DNA of 64,000 nucleotides from Nitrospirota bacterium (GTDB taxonomy: Bacteria > Nitrospirota > UBA9217): positions 512,001 to 576,000 of the forward strand of contig CAWJQQ010000002.1 in assembly GCA_963845065.1 (NCBI GenBank). Direction: 5' to 3'. The position numbers were made by a program, and so were the translations under genes. Below are positions 22,500 to 32,767 of the stretch, piece by piece (the stretch's first letter is position 1; each line of letters starts with the position of its first letter). Under the pieces are notes generated by a model, which had not been told where the DNA came from, did no database searches, and saw only the letters and a list, made by a program, of their open reading frames with translations.

Positions 22500-22990
22500 G
22501 CCGCCGGCATGGGCTAAGCCCCTATGCCCATGAAGGCGCAGGTCGCGGACAGTTCGGTGCGCTGATAGACAAAGGGAACCTCATTACCGATGATGTACCA
22601 CACCACGCCACAAAGGACGACTGTGATTACTCCAAGCAGAGAGGAAATAAAGGAAACGCAGCCGAACTGGTCGGCGAGCGAGGCCCGGAACGAACCGAGC
22701 CCCAGAGCATCAAGGACGAGAACAAAGTGTACGACGTTCTTTTTTGAAATAGTTGCTCTATCTTCATCGTCGAAACGACGGAGAGAGCAAGCAGAAGGAC
22801 AGCATACTCATAATGCCGTATCCAGAACGAAGGTTGTTGGTCGAAAGTTAAATCTCGCAGAGTCCCACCGCCGAAGGCCGTTATCATTCCCGCGGAGTAG
22901 ACAACAATGTCCCTCCTTCTTCCCGTGCCTCGTAAATTCCTGTGAGGGCAAAGGCAATGGTACCGAGCATCCCGATCTTTTTTATGAGTG
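22500..22990 (-). pseudogene. TRIC / UPF0126 (YadS-like) membrane protein, frameshifted
   Basis: Fragments GTIAFALTG, ITAFGGGTLRD, LDALGLG, GVIT...NEVP in different frames. Confidence 0.75.
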
Positions 22991-22996
22991 TATTCA

Positions 22997-23464
22997 TCAG
23001 ATCACATTACTGCGCTGGGTGAATTCTTCCGGGCTTACTTTAAAGTCGAGGATCTGCCATTGTCCATTGTGCCGAATAAGCGAAATTTGTATTTCTACCG
23101 ATCCCGCCTCGAAATCAGCGCTGGCGGTGTAGTCAGCGGTAATTTCATAGCCGTTCAAGGAAATGGTTATATCCGAGTCTCCAGCCGACCCTTTATACTC
23201 TTGGAACTTCCCCAGCTGCTGGAGCGAGACGAAATATTCCTCTACATCATCGTAATCCACCGATTCGTCGAGTTCAGGGCTGGCTCGTTTTTGGAGTTCC
23301 GTGACATCCCAGTCGGAAACGATCACAGGAATAGCGGCATCAACAAAGGCCTTGCTCTCTTTGTCCAGTTTCTTTCCGATAATCGATACGGATGCGATCG
23401 TTACAGCAATGATTATAATGAATACCAAGAAAACGTAACCCAGAATCATGATCGTTTTTTTCAT
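22997..23464 (-). CDS. Hypothetical membrane-anchored protein
   Basis: N-terminal TM helix; GGAGCAGGA RBS-like sequence. Confidence 0.75.
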   Translation of the reverse strand: MKKTIMILGYVFLVFIIIIAVTIASVSIIGKKLDKESKAFVDAAIPVIVSDWDVTELQKRASPELDESVDYDDVEEYFVSLQQLGKFQEYKGSAGDSDITISLNGYEITADYTASADFEAGSVEIQISLIRHNGQWQILDFKVSPEEFTQRSNVI

Positions 23465-23611
23465 GGATAGTCCTGCTCCTGCTGTTTAATCCCCGGTTTC
23501 TTCTTTCTTAAGAATAACACCATCTTAAGAGATCTTCACCGTAAATCATGTTATGACGATCGATAGAGCATAAGGTCCTCCCCGGCACAATAGGGATGCC
23601 GACTAATCCGG

Positions 23612-23645
23612 CTGACCACTCCCATAGTCACAGCCGGAGGCTTTT
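23612..23645 (-). repeat. Degenerate solo right end resembling that of the tnpB element
   Basis: CTGACCACTCCCATAGTCACAGCCGGAGGCTT resembles CTGACCACTCCCCATGTCTAAAGCCAGGGGGTT at 17264. Confidence 0.55.
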
Positions 23646-23685
23646 CGAGGATTGGCAAGGAAATCGCAAAAGTGACCTGCGAAAC

Positions 23686-25641
23686 TTATTGCACCAGACT
23701 ACTAAGCTCATCTAACAACTTCCCTGCACTTCCCGGCTCATGCAAAGCCACAGCCTTTGCTTCTTTCCATCTGCGCCTGAGCATCTTAACATCGTCACCC
23801 CTTGACTCTTTCTTCTTCAGGATGCGATCTATAGCTTTCAGCCTGGCTTGGACTGACTGAAGGTCAATACTAAATCGGTGATACTTCGCAGGATTGGATT
23901 TCGGGATCGAAAAATCACCCTGCGTCTTCCAGATGTCGCCCAAAAGAAGCCATGCGGCAAAAGAAGTCAGTTTGCCATCAGGCAAGGGCACGATCTTCGA
24001 CGTGGCCTTAATATCCCGGATTTGGAGTCCGCTCTTGTCAGCTATGACCTTCTGACTCCCGGTGAACGGCTCGGCTCCTTGAGTATCGTAATATTTCCAC
24101 GTTACCCGTGCGATTTGCGTCTCTGAGTCATGGCAGCTTCCACAGGAACGGGACTTGCCGTAGGGATGCGCGACCTCTTCTACCTGAAGCCACGCAAGGT
24201 AATTATTGTTCCCACGTGGCACTCTGAACGTCCCGAGAAGTGCGAATGCGTCATGAGTCTCTCCTTTTGGCCATCGGAATGTTAGCCCCGGTTTCGGTTC
24301 AATTACTTCTTTGATGCCTCCTGCACTATTTGGCCAAATTTTCGTCGGCATCCATCGGCCGCTCTGATCTTTGATCAAGATCGGCGGTTCCTGTGGGCCG
24401 TAGTACAGGGAATACTTTTTGAACGGATTCGGTTTAGAAAGGATTTCACCCGGTCCCCAAGAGGTCATCTCATAGCCGCCGAGGACCTTCACGTGGCATG
24501 CAGCACAGACAAGGTTTTTGTGAACGCTCACAGCCATCGCTTGTTCGATTTCTATGTGGCAGTCCTGGCACGTTGCCATTCGATCGATATGTCCCATGCC
24601 GCCTGGCCCCGTTTCGTGGCAACTGACGCACTCGATCTTTTTTGCAACATGAACATCCTCAGGCATGCCGGCAGGCTCCGAAAAATCCTTGCCGAGATAG
24701 CTGTCTCCCCTTCTTCGTTCCATGGTGCCAGCATGACACACGAACGTGCTTCGGCCTCCGTTGGTGCAATTTGACGACGGAGGGATGCGGCTGAACGCAT
24801 GAACGCCCTGCTTCCGCGTAGGCGCATAGTGACAGTCGAGACATCCTGCGTGGCAGATGTTGCATGCTTTCTGCTTGGCAATAGCCTGATCGCGTGAAAG
24901 CGGCAGATTTATCTGTTCAAGGATCCTGTCCGTATTCTCGAAGGAGAATTTATCGCCTTCTGCCCTGCCGACCGGCCGGGTGTCCGCGAAAGACGGGCCT
25001 CAATTATTCGGTCCGTGAATATCATTCCAGACCTGCATAGACCGCTGCCTGAAGTTTGCGCCCATAATGCTCGTGGAAAATTGTTTCACTTCCTCCGGGT
25101 GACACGAAGGTTTGCCGCAGGTTTTTTGAGCGATGCGAGGATCGTATCCTAGTGTGAGCGTGTTCCGGTCCTGATACAGGATCGTGCCTACGTCGTAATC
25201 GAGTGATCCGTCGGCGAGGCGCGGAAGCATGTTTCGCAGGCGGTCTTCGCCTGAAGGAAGCAGTTGATTGACATGGTTTTTGCGAGACATAATGTTCAGA
25301 TCATTGTCTAACACGATGAGCTTGAGCATGCCTTTGTGCGCTCTGTCGGGATCAGAGGAAAGACCGTTTCCAAGGTGGCAGTCGCGGCATTCGGTGTTCG
25401 GGTGGTGGGATTCCTTTTGCACCTGCTCCCTCGTCATCACAAACAGAGGGTATCCAAGCTTTGTCATGCGATCTTTGTCCGCATGGCAGGCAACACACTT
25501 ATCGCTAGATTGATAGCCGGAATAGAAATAGATAAATAGCAGGACGAGGACGAGTTGGACGAGCAGGATGATCATCCCGCGCTTGCTACTGAAAATACTC
25601 CAAAGTTTTCCAATTGCCATAGAATTGTATTTTGTAGACAC
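23686..25641 (-). CDS. Membrane-anchored multiheme cytochrome c with in-frame UGA (candidate selenoprotein), ~651 aa
   Basis: TGA at 25002-25000 is followed by 86 open in-frame codons joining the next ORF; 8 CxxCH plus CX4CH and CX9CH; alternative start 25620. Confidence 0.85.
24954..24999 (-). promoter_or_regulatory. Putative bacterial SECIS element
   Basis: After UGA: GGCCCGUCUUUCGCGGACA-CCCGGCCG-GU-CGGCAGGG-CAGAAGGCG; apical GCCG-GU-CGGC resembles E. coli fdhF GCAG-GU-CUGC. Confidence 0.65.
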
Positions 25642-25715
25642 AAACTTCAGTTTACATTATTGATTGGTTTATATTTAACTTTTGATCACAACGCAGGCGG
25701 AAGCCTTCAGTTCCG

Positions 25716-27089
25716 TTAAAACAATCTCTCCATCGCCTCATCCACGGTCCTCACACCCATGAGTTCCATCTTTTTCAGAACAGAGGTCTTTTCCAGCTTT
25801 TCCACATTGAGCTGTGGGAGCACACAGCGTGTAAACCCGAGCTTCGCTGCATCCTTGATCCTTAATTCCGCCTGGCTGATGGCCCGCACTTCACCTGCAA
25901 GGCCGACCTCACCCATTACCACGGTCTGTGCATGGATCGGCTTCTCTCGGAAGCTCGACGCTACGGCAGCAATCACGCCAAGATCGATTGCGGGCTCATC
26001 GATCTTAAGCCCCCCCACGATGTTCACGAACACGTCCATGCCCATGAGGTGCATTCCCACTCGCTTTTCGAGCACTGCGAGAAGAAGGGAGACACGATTA
26101 AAGTCCACACCAATGCAGGTCCGTCTGGGCATGGCAAGTTTCGATGGCGCTACGAGCGCCTGCACTTCAGCGAGGATTGGCCGCGAGCCTTCCAGTGACG
26201 ATACCACAACCGAGCCCGTTGCATCGGCAGGCCGTTCGGCGAGGAACAATTCGGAAGGATTAGCCACTTCGGCAAGGCCACTCTCCTTCATTTCGAACAC
26301 TCCAATCTCGTTCGTGGAGCCAAAACGGTTCTTAACCGCTCGCAATACGCGGAACGAATGCCCTTTATCTCCCTCGAAATAGAGCACCGTATCCACGATA
26401 TGTTCGAGCACGCGCGGTCCGGCAATTGCACCGTCCTTTGTCACGTGGCCAATGAGGAACGTGGGTACGCCGGTCCGTTTTGCGTGGATCATCAGCCTGC
26501 CCGAAACCTCCCGCACCTGACCCACGCTTCCTGGCGCTGACGGGAGCTCGGGCGTAAACACGGTCTGAACTGAGTCGACGACCAGGACCTGCGGTTGGAG
26601 CCCGTCCGCAGCGCGGAGGATCTCTTCGAGCTGCGTCTCGGCAAGGACATAAAGATTGTCGCTCCTGACGCCAAGGCGGAGCGCGCGCATTTTGATTTGG
26701 GCCGGAGATTCTTCGCCGGACACGTAAAGTGCCTTGCCTCTAAGCTCTGAAACCTGACGGAGCATCTGGAGTACCAAAGTAGACTTGCCGATTCCCGGAT
26801 CCCCGCCGATCAACACTACGGAACCGGCAACGATCCCGCCACCCAGCACACGGTCTAGTTCGCCGATCCTAGTCACGAACCGGTCCTCGTCACGAGCCTG
26901 GATTTCTCCCAACAAAAGTGGCTCTGATGCACCCGCTGGTTTTACACTCCCGACGGCCTTGGGCCTTTCCACCTGCTCTTCGACCATGGTGTTCCAAGCC
27001 CCGCAGTCGGTACACTTCCCCATCCATCGTGGCGATTGGCTACCGCAGGATTGGCAGACATAGACGGTCTTGCTTTTCGATGATTTCAT
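25716..27089 (-). CDS. radA: DNA repair protein RadA/Sms
   Basis: Zinc finger, GGDPGIGKST, KNRFG motif. Confidence 0.97.
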   Translation of the reverse strand: MKSSKSKTVYVCQSCGSQSPRWMGKCTDCGAWNTMVEEQVERPKAVGSVKPAGASEPLLLGEIQARDEDRFVTRIGELDRVLGGGIVAGSVVLIGGDPGIGKSTLVLQMLRQVSELRGKALYVSGEESPAQIKMRALRLGVRSDNLYVLAETQLEEILRAADGLQPQVLVVDSVQTVFTPELPSAPGSVGQVREVSGRLMIHAKRTGVPTFLIGHVTKDGAIAGPRVLEHIVDTVLYFEGDKGHSFRVLRAVKNRFGSTNEIGVFEMKESGLAEVANPSELFLAERPADATGSVVVSSLEGSRPILAEVQALVAPSKLAMPRRTCIGVDFNRVSLLLAVLEKRVGMHLMGMDVFVNIVGGLKIDEPAIDLGVIAAVASSFREKPIHAQTVVMGEVGLAGEVRAISQAELRIKDAAKLGFTRCVLPQLNVEKLEKTSVLKKMELMGVRTVDEAMERLF

Positions 27090-27204
27090 GATGCAGTATT
27101 CTATTGGTTCATGGGGGGATTGTCAACGCTATTTGCAGTTTGGTAGGTCGGCATAGGAAGAGGCCTCGTCTCCATTCGCTGTTTTCCAACCGACTACGAC
27201 TGAT

Positions 27205-27545
27205 CGTTGCAGTGCTTCTCGCACCCGCGCTGCGAGATCTTTCACTGAAAAAAGTTTTACGATAAATCACGGTCCCTAATCAAACATTTTTCTATTCTGG
27301 ATCAAGTCTTCCAAATATCCGCTTATAAACTGTACCTTCACCTTTCGCTGCTTTATCCTGAATGCAGTGCAAACCTCAATGCCATTCATTCTGGGCATGA
27401 TCACATCGAGAATCACAAGCTGGATGGTATCTTTATGCTTCGTGAACTGAGCAAGCATCTGCCCCGTTAAACGCTTCAATGACGGTATACCATATCCTTC
27501 AAGCACGACCTTTGTAAGCTCTCTGACCTGAACCTCCCCATAGAT
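27205..27545 (-). pseudogene. Response regulator receiver remnant
   Basis: LVILDVIMPRMNG and FISGY; frameshifted N-terminus and premature stop. Confidence 0.65.
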
Positions 27546-27579
27546 AAATCCTGGGCTTGTGGAGTTGCAGAGATTTCAG

Positions 27580-28068
27580 TCACGGATCAACACCGCGGTC
27601 ACGCCTCTGAAAGAGGACAACATCGTACGGCATAATGTCTTCGGCCGACTTACGCTCCATCTCGATGAAATTAGAAGGGATGTCCGGAAAGAATGCATCG
27701 CCCTCGATCTCCCGGTGGATAATAGTCAAATAAATTTTGTCCACCTGGGCAATGGTCTCGCGAAAAACGTATTCCCCACCACAGATAAATGCCTCGTCCG
27801 TTCCGGCGCATGCTGCAAAAGCCGAGATCAGATCGTGGACGACAATGCATCCGGGAGCGGAATAGCCCCGCTGGCGTGTAAGCACGATGTTTGTCCTCAG
27901 GGACAGCGACCGGCCAATGCTTTCGAAGGTATTCCTTCCCAGAATTACTGGATGCCCGCGTGTGATCCTATGGAATCGTCTGCGATCCGTGGGCAGGTCC
28001 CAAGGCATTTTATTATTCAGGCCGATCACGCGGTTCTCGGCCATGGCGGCGATGATGGAAAAAATCAT
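27580..28068 (-). CDS. folA: Dihydrofolate reductase
   Basis: IAAMAENRVIG, MPWDLP, GRNTFESIG, GDAFFP. Confidence 0.93.
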   Translation of the reverse strand: MIFSIIAAMAENRVIGLNNKMPWDLPTDRRRFHRITRGHPVILGRNTFESIGRSLSLRTNIVLTRQRGYSAPGCIVVHDLISAFAACAGTDEAFICGGEYVFRETIAQVDKIYLTIIHREIEGDAFFPDIPSNFIEMERKSAEDIMPYDVVLFQRRDRGVDP

Positions 28069-28143
28069 GGTTTTAGTGTTTAGGTAGTAATGCCTGAGAG
28101 TTTCAGCCATCCATGCACGTTAAATATATTTTACACGATTAAT

Positions 28144-28360
28144 AAACATCCCGCCACTAAATCGTCTGAATGGTTGTAGTGGGATTTCAGGGATCCTGAC
28201 GGATGCGATCAGAAGGCATATGCCCTCAAATCATCTTAGTTTCACCTCCCCGCGCATTACTGTGGCCGGTTCTCGACCTAGTTGTTGCTTCTTCCTCAAT
28301 CGCATGACATACAACTTTTGCTCTTTCTATATCTCGCAGCTAGCGACATCCTGGTCCTCC
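28144..28360 (-). mobile_element. Degenerate tnpB 3' end / omegaRNA-like right-end relic
   Basis: Minus strand DQDVAS (DRDxNA-like), then GGTCGAGAACCGGCC...GCGCGGGGAG and hairpin GAAATCCCACTAC...TAGTGGCGGGAT. Confidence 0.45.
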
Positions 28361-28431
28361 TCTTTTTAAAAGCAAAAAAAAGTCATTAATACACTCTTCG
28401 CTTCCCTTTCCCTGGTGAAGAGAGTTATTTT

Positions 28432-29694
28432 TTAAGCCTGTGGGCTTGCTTTCGCACTGTCCTCCCCGATAAACCTTACACAGGCAAAACAAAAAAATGC
28501 TGCCAGCAGAATCACACCGGGTGTAACCATGAGAGCAGCCCTCAGTCCGTGCAAATCCGAGATCGACCCAAGCACCGATGGAGAAACAGCATCCCCCAGT
28601 GCATGGATAAAAAAGATGTTCACGGCAAAGGCCATGGCGCGTATGCCTGGTCTCGTTACGTTTACGATCACGGTATTAAGCGGTCCTGTATTCAGGAACA
28701 GAAAAAATTCTGCAAAGAACATTGCTGCGATACATCCAAAGAGAGAATGCGTAAACAGCGCCAATGCCGTGACCGGCGCACCGAAGAGGAACCCCCAGCC
28801 TGATACCATCAAATACCCTTCGCCGTGCTTCTTCTGAAATAGATCACCGAACCAGCCTCCGGTCAGTGTGCCGCTTATCCCTGCAAGTACCGTGATACCA
28901 CCGAATATGGTGTTCGCTTTTGCAACATCCAGTCCGTGTTCACGAAAAAGGAATGTGGGCATCCATTGGGCAAGACCGCCAAGTGCGAAAGTCATAGCTG
29001 CCATGGCCAGCGTGTTCATAACGAATGAGCGGTTCGAGAAGAGAGATCGGTAACTGTTTCCTGTACCATCTGCAGGCAATCGTGAATGTTCGTCCCTTCC
29101 TCCCCGGACGGGCACACGCAGAAACCAGAGAGGGATCGTAAGCATCAAACCTGGAACACCTGCCAGGAGAAAAGCCGCATGCCAGCCGAAAGCTTGCCCC
29201 AGGACGCCGCCGAGGAGATAACCTAGGGCGCTGCCTACAGGAATAGCAAGATAGAAATAGGACAAGACTCGGCCGCGAAGTTCCTGAGGATAATAATCAG
29301 TAAGGAGTCCAGGTGATACAGTGCCGAAGCTTGCCTCACCGATGCCAATGGTCGTTCGGGCCATAAGCAGTACTAAGTAGCTAGTAGCGAAAGAGGCTCC
29401 GCCCGTGGCACAGCTCCAGACCGCAAGGCCTCCCGCAGCAAGCTTTGCCCGGCTCATCCGATCTCCGAACCACCCAAAAAATGGCGCCGATACCATGTAG
29501 CAAATCATGAAAGCGCTACCGAGAAATCCAAGGGCGGTATCGGACAGATGAAAATCCTCTTTGATCAGGGGAAAGACTGCATACAGGACCTGGCGGTCAA
29601 TATAGTTCAGGAGATTGACTGAAAGAAGAATCAACAGGGCATAACGACCGTAATTGACAGGCAATTGTTTTTTTTCAGTGTCATCGTATCGCAT
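28432..29694 (-). CDS. MFS transporter (spinster-like)
   Basis: NLLNYIDRQ, GDRMSR, GIGEAS; many hydrophobic segments. Confidence 0.92.
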   Translation of the reverse strand: MRYDDTEKKQLPVNYGRYALLILLSVNLLNYIDRQVLYAVFPLIKEDFHLSDTALGFLGSAFMICYMVSAPFFGWFGDRMSRAKLAAGGLAVWSCATGGASFATSYLVLLMARTTIGIGEASFGTVSPGLLTDYYPQELRGRVLSYFYLAIPVGSALGYLLGGVLGQAFGWHAAFLLAGVPGLMLTIPLWFLRVPVRGGRDEHSRLPADGTGNSYRSLFSNRSFVMNTLAMAAMTFALGGLAQWMPTFLFREHGLDVAKANTIFGGITVLAGISGTLTGGWFGDLFQKKHGEGYLMVSGWGFLFGAPVTALALFTHSLFGCIAAMFFAEFFLFLNTGPLNTVIVNVTRPGIRAMAFAVNIFFIHALGDAVSPSVLGSISDLHGLRAALMVTPGVILLAAFFCFACVRFIGEDSAKASPQA

Positions 29695-29816
29695 GAATTA
29701 GTTGCTACTGATATTCGCCGTCGGAAAGTAACGATTGAGCAGGGGGTTATTGCAAACTGCTGCGAACTATTTTTTATGAATGTTTTTGCAGCGGCGCTTA
29801 TCTCCCTTGTTCGAAA

Positions 29817-30527
29817 TCACATCTTTCCCTTAAGGTACCTTTTTCTTTTTCTCTCAGGGAACCGCTCGATCGCATAACGCAGCATGGTTCGAGGCATTAT
29901 CTTATAATACTGCTTCAAAAACTCTTCTTCCGTTTGCAGATCGCGCTTTCCAACCTCACGCAGCATCCAGCCGACGGCCTTGTGGATCAGGTCATGTTCA
30001 TCGCTCAGTAGCAGTTGGGAGATGATAAGTGTATCGGCAAAATCATTTTGCCTGATGAATCTGAACGTCGCCAGGATGGCTATGCGCTTCTTCCAGAGAT
30101 CTTTCGATGTTGCAAGGCTATAAAGCAGTTTTCTGTCTTTGTCCATAAGATGATGTCCCACTATGTTCGGAGATGAAAGATCAACAAGGTCCCAGTTGTT
30201 GATATGGCAGGTGTTCTTGAGGTAAAGAGAATAGATCTTTTTTTTTGCTGCTTCATCGCCGCGATCATAAGCGCCGATGAGCAGGAAAAGTGCAAGCACC
30301 CGTTCTTCATGAATTGACGACCTGAGAAGTCTCATCATATCGGCGATAGGTGTGTTTCGACATTCCTTGGCAATTTGCCTAAGTACGGGAGCGGTAATGC
30401 CCAGAAAGACATCACCCTCGCCATATTGTCCCGGTCCGGTTTTGAAAAACCGCTTAAGAACCGCGGCTTTATCCTTGTTGGCACGTTCGCGGAGTTTTCT
30501 TTGGATTTCTTCAAAAGTCATGGGCAC
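29817..30527 (-). CDS. DNA alkylation repair protein (AlkD-like)
   Basis: FFKTGPGQYGEGD, NNWDLVD, KAVGWMLRE. Confidence 0.92.
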   Translation of the reverse strand: MPMTFEEIQRKLRERANKDKAAVLKRFFKTGPGQYGEGDVFLGITAPVLRQIAKECRNTPIADMMRLLRSSIHEERVLALFLLIGAYDRGDEAAKKKIYSLYLKNTCHINNWDLVDLSSPNIVGHHLMDKDRKLLYSLATSKDLWKKRIAILATFRFIRQNDFADTLIISQLLLSDEHDLIHKAVGWMLREVGKRDLQTEEEFLKQYYKIMPRTMLRYAIERFPERKRKRYLKGKM

Positions 30528-30590
30528 CCTTATGAATATCCCGGATGAAAACTCTGCATCCTAATCGTTGCAATTGGAGGAAATTGCATC

Positions 30591-31370
30591 TTACGTGCTG
30601 CTTCCTGCACGCTTAAGTAGTGCTGACGGAGTCTTCCATGGCAACCGGGAGTTCTGTGTGGTGCCCTCATGATCCAAACGGCCCACGAGCGTTGAAAAAA
30701 AGGGCGGTACTTCTGATGTGAAGGAGAGTTCCTTTCCATTAAAGGGATGCTTGAAGGATATCGACCGGGCGTGAAGCGCCATGCGCGGCTGAGGATCGTC
30801 TTCTTTCCCATACTTTGTATCTCCGACGATCGGATGCCCGATGCCGGCCAGGTGAACCCGTATCTGATTCTTCCTGCCGGTCAGGAGGACCAATTCCAGC
30901 AAAGAATATCTTTTCGTCATCCGAAGTACGATATAGGCGGTTTGGGACAGCTTCCCCTTATTACTGTCCGATGTTGTATAGACGTTATACCTTTTATCCT
31001 CCGCCAGGTATGAAGTAATCGTTCCCGAACTCTTTTCACACTTGCCATGAACAACGGCCAAGTACTTCTTTTCAGTCTGCTTCCATCGGTCCTGCAAACG
31101 GAGTTTCGCCTCTTCGCTCTTAGCAAAGATAAGCGTTCCGGATGTATCCCTGTCCAGTCTGTGAACGACGTAAAGGTGTTTCCTGCATCTGCCGCACCCC
31201 TTGCGGATGTACTCCGTCAAAATAGAGTGTGCGGTACGCGTTTTTTCCCTCTCAGTCGCGACGGCCAGGAGGCCCGCCGGCTTGTCCACCACGAGGATGT
31301 CTTTGTCCTCGTACAGGACCGCGAGTCCTTTCGGCAAAAACTTTGCACTCGAGTTTAATGGTTTCCGCAT
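30591..31370 (-). CDS. RluA family pseudouridine synthase
   Basis: KPAGL, HRLDRDTSG, TGRKNQIRVH. Confidence 0.93.
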   Translation of the reverse strand: MRKPLNSSAKFLPKGLAVLYEDKDILVVDKPAGLLAVATEREKTRTAHSILTEYIRKGCGRCRKHLYVVHRLDRDTSGTLIFAKSEEAKLRLQDRWKQTEKKYLAVVHGKCEKSSGTITSYLAEDKRYNVYTTSDSNKGKLSQTAYIVLRMTKRYSLLELVLLTGRKNQIRVHLAGIGHPIVGDTKYGKEDDPQPRMALHARSISFKHPFNGKELSFTSEVPPFFSTLVGRLDHEGTTQNSRLPWKTPSALLKRAGSST

Positions 31371-31517
31371 AGCAAGTATTCTCTGATCGATTATGGGATA
31401 TACTAGGGTCGTCACAAAACGTGCAGCTGCCCTTCTGGAAGGACCAATCGCGACGAAGTCATCTATGAAAAAGAAACTGATCCATGGTCTCACTTAGTGA
31501 CAATATCATAACTCGTA

Positions 31518-32336
31518 TTACGCATATTCGGCATGATCCTCGCCGAAAACATAGTGGATGGTCTCCCATGCTGTTTCTTCAATGGATTTGTTCGTCGTAT
31601 CCACAACTTTCCAGCTCCTATGTCGTTTCATGAGATCCCGGACGAACTCGACTTCGGCAAAGATTTTCTTGAAATCACTGTAACTGGATTTGAGCCCGAA
31701 TTGTTTTTGGCGTGCCAATCTCACCTTCTGGAGAATCTCAGGGTCTACACTTAGACAAACGATCTTGTTTTGGTCGATCTTAAATAGCTCTTCCGGTAGG
31801 GGAATGCCAGGAACAATGGGCACGTTGGCGACTTTGTAACCCTCTTGGGCAAGAAAGAAGGAAGTCGGCGTTTTTGACGTGCGAGAGAGACCGACGATGA
31901 CGATATCCGCCTCCCGCAATCGCTCGACATCCCTGCCGTCGTCGTGCTCAAGAGTATATTCAATCGCATCAATACGTTTAAAATACCGTTCATCGACCTT
32001 TCTGAGCAGGCTCGGAGTTTCAAGTGGTTCCTGCTGCAGATATGATCCGAGATTGCTAATGAGCGGGCCCAATATGTCGAGATGGAACATGCCGTTCTTC
32101 ACGCAATACTCACTGGTGTAGTCCCTCATCTCTTTCTTGACGAACGTGAACGCGATAAGCGCTTTCTCAGACTTTGCATGTGCGAGGACCTTCTTGAGAC
32201 CAGCCTTTGAATCAATGTCGTGAAATAGCATTATTCTGGTGCGGGCATGTTCGAACTGCACCAGGGCCGCCCTCAAAATGTGCAGGCCGCTTTGGCCCGT
32301 GGCATCAGAAATAATATAAATATTCTTCGTAGGCAT
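31518..32336 (-). CDS. PPDK/PEPS regulatory kinase-pyrophosphorylase (DUF299)
   Basis: ISDATG, HDDG, GLSRTSKTP. Confidence 0.93.
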   Translation of the reverse strand: MPTKNIYIISDATGQSGLHILRAALVQFEHARTRIMLFHDIDSKAGLKKVLAHAKSEKALIAFTFVKKEMRDYTSEYCVKNGMFHLDILGPLISNLGSYLQQEPLETPSLLRKVDERYFKRIDAIEYTLEHDDGRDVERLREADIVIVGLSRTSKTPTSFFLAQEGYKVANVPIVPGIPLPEELFKIDQNKIVCLSVDPEILQKVRLARQKQFGLKSSYSDFKKIFAEVEFVRDLMKRHRSWKVVDTTNKSIEETAWETIHYVFGEDHAEYA

Positions 32337-32767
32337 TTTTTATTCTATTCGTAAACGATAATTGGATCACACTGTCTTTTCGTCCTGCGCTACCATAGGA
32401 ATGCGAATTGTAGACGTAATGCTACATCCATAATTGACCATAGCAAAACAAAAACAGACTGTCAACGAAAATAGGAATCGAGCGAATAACATGATCGATC
32501 AAAGCTGGACTCCTGCAGGCGAATGACTTCTTGACTCACTGCCATAAATTAAACTGTATCAGCGGACCAAGACTATCGGAGGTCCTCTTTATCTTTTTTT
32601 TTATTGTCGTTGTTGCTCCTTCTGAATATCCTATTGCGAGATAACAGCCGGCATCTTTGGATCGTGCGGGCTGGGAAAACTGACGTCGAGAACCTGCGCA
32701 AGGGAACTTGATAAATGCTACGGGCGCAGAACATAACGGCCGCGCTGCGCCCATGAAGACATATCGC

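Noticed and set aside
22590..23132. 180-aa plus-strand ORF and the many other antisense ORFs over housekeeping genes
   Set aside because: They overlap well-supported genes or pseudogenes on the opposite strand and have no recognisable motifs
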